A stretch of 64,000 bases of DNA, taken from the NCBI RefSeq assembly GCF_024521635.1, contig NW_026250403.1, forward strand, positions 186,001 to 250,000, read 5' to 3'. Position numbers and translations under genes: made by a program. Below are positions 62,633 through 64,000 of this stretch, in pieces (positions within the stretch are counted from its first letter, which is position 1; each line of letters opens with the position of its first letter). Origin of the DNA: Tricharina praecox. Its lineage: Eukaryota. The notes beneath the pieces are model-generated. The model made no database searches, was not told where the DNA came from, and was given only the letters and a program-made list of their open reading frames with translations.

Positions 62633-64000
62633 TCCGAATACAGGATCCCCACACATCCGTCATAGTATCTACCGCCTTGTCGGACTGTCGGACATGCCAT
62701 ACCAGGACCAGGACCAGGGCCAGACAGGACATGCCACCCCAAGTACTCTCTACCTAGAGTACTCTACTTACCACCCCAAGTACCCAACCTAGGTAAGTAG
62801 TACCTGTCGAGTACCTGGAGTACCTGGAGTACCTACCGTATGTACGGCTTCGCATCCAGCAGGTCCAACGCGGCCATGTACCTAAGTACTTTGTACATGT
62901 ATGTACAAGTATACACAAGCTGTTGTCCTGCGCGAGCCAACTAAGTACCAGTCAAGTACATATGTAGTACTAAGCCAGCAAGTACTTACTGTGTACTTGT
63001 ACTTGTACACCGGCTGCCCAAGTTGACGACATGCAACACTTGCTCTTGCGGATGAGGAGTGAGGAGTGAGTGACGAGATGGGGGATGGGGGCCCTGACCT
63101 GCTCTGCTCTGCTGCCCTTGCCCTTCTTGCCCACGCCCTGCATGTACCTGGTACATACATGCCATAGTATGTGTAGTCTACACACCGTAGTATACATGTA
63201 GTCTACATGTAGTATGTACATGTACATGTACATGTATGTACCTGTCTGTTGTCATTGCTTGCCTTCAGGCTTCTATGTACAGCCAGCCAGCCTTGCTAGA
63301 GCAGGTATGCCATGCTATGCTATGTGCGTAATGTCCCAGCCGAACAAATGGGCCATGAGACCAGCCCAGGAGACCAGCCCCATGAGACCAGCCATGAGAC
63401 CCGCGCCGATTACCGCCAGGACTTTTTTCTTTCTTTCGTTCTTTTCTGCTTCGCTTTCTCTGCGGGCCTAACTAGAGTACCACAACCGTAACCCTCCCCT
63501 CCCCCTCCCTTCCCCCCCGCGCCCTCCATCAACCCCATCCACCGCGACCCCGACCCTGAATTCTTGCGCCATCCGGAGGATGAGCCACCGAACTACCCAG
63601 GAGTCCACTAGTAGGACCCCCGCCGCCGCCCGACGAAGAAAAAAATAAAAGTGTGACTATGCTAGAGTAGAGTATGATGATGCTTGAGTCTTGAGTCTTG
63701 AGTCTTGACCTGACCCACAGTCCGGTCCGGTCCACTACTTGGAAGCTGGTGGCTACCTACATAAGCGAATGGGCGGGTTGGGCTGGCTGGCTGGGCTGGC
63801 GGTGTATGAGGCAGCAAAGGCCACAGCTTACAGCCCACACGACGCAAGGGCAAGGGCAACCGAGCAACTAGAGTAGCTGGATAACTGGGTAGCTAATCGG
63901 TTGCGACTATGGAACTGCTAGTTAGCTGTTAGCAGCGTCTATGACGATGAGGAGGAAGAGGAGCCGGAGCAAGAGGAGCAAGACGAGGAAAACGAGGAAG

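Overview
Eukaryotic, intron-rich genomic DNA from a filamentous ascomycete. An early-diverging Pezizomycotina lineage such as the Pezizomycetes is my inference, based on gene style and a yeast-like mitochondrial TyrRS. Positions 1-44.5 kb are gene-dense and mostly housekeeping: a multi-TM membrane protein, class II DAHP synthase, MSH6, mitochondrial TyrRS, a Sip1/raffinose-synthase-family GH36, Ame1/CENP-U, an ABCC transporter, CAC2, kinesin-5 BimC, a candidate Atg31, NAT4/NAA40, GAB1/PIG-U, SAC1, an F-box protein and mitochondrial bL36. Positions 44.5-64 kb are gene-poor and rich in simple repeats, with a probable hAT relic, an EVE-domain gene and a bZIP transcription factor. I found no tRNA, rRNA or CRISPR. 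The four most notable observations are: (1) an Ame1/CENP-U with two copies of the N-terminal Mis12/MIND-binding-like RLRG motif, each split by an intron at the same codon position; (2) a small gene whose motif order matches yeast Atg31; (3) a mitochondrial TyrRS that seems to lack the CYT-18 group I intron splicing adaptations; (4) a Cys-rich uORF overlapping the bZIP start codon. Exon boundaries were placed by eye and homolog comparisons are from memory; no searches were run.
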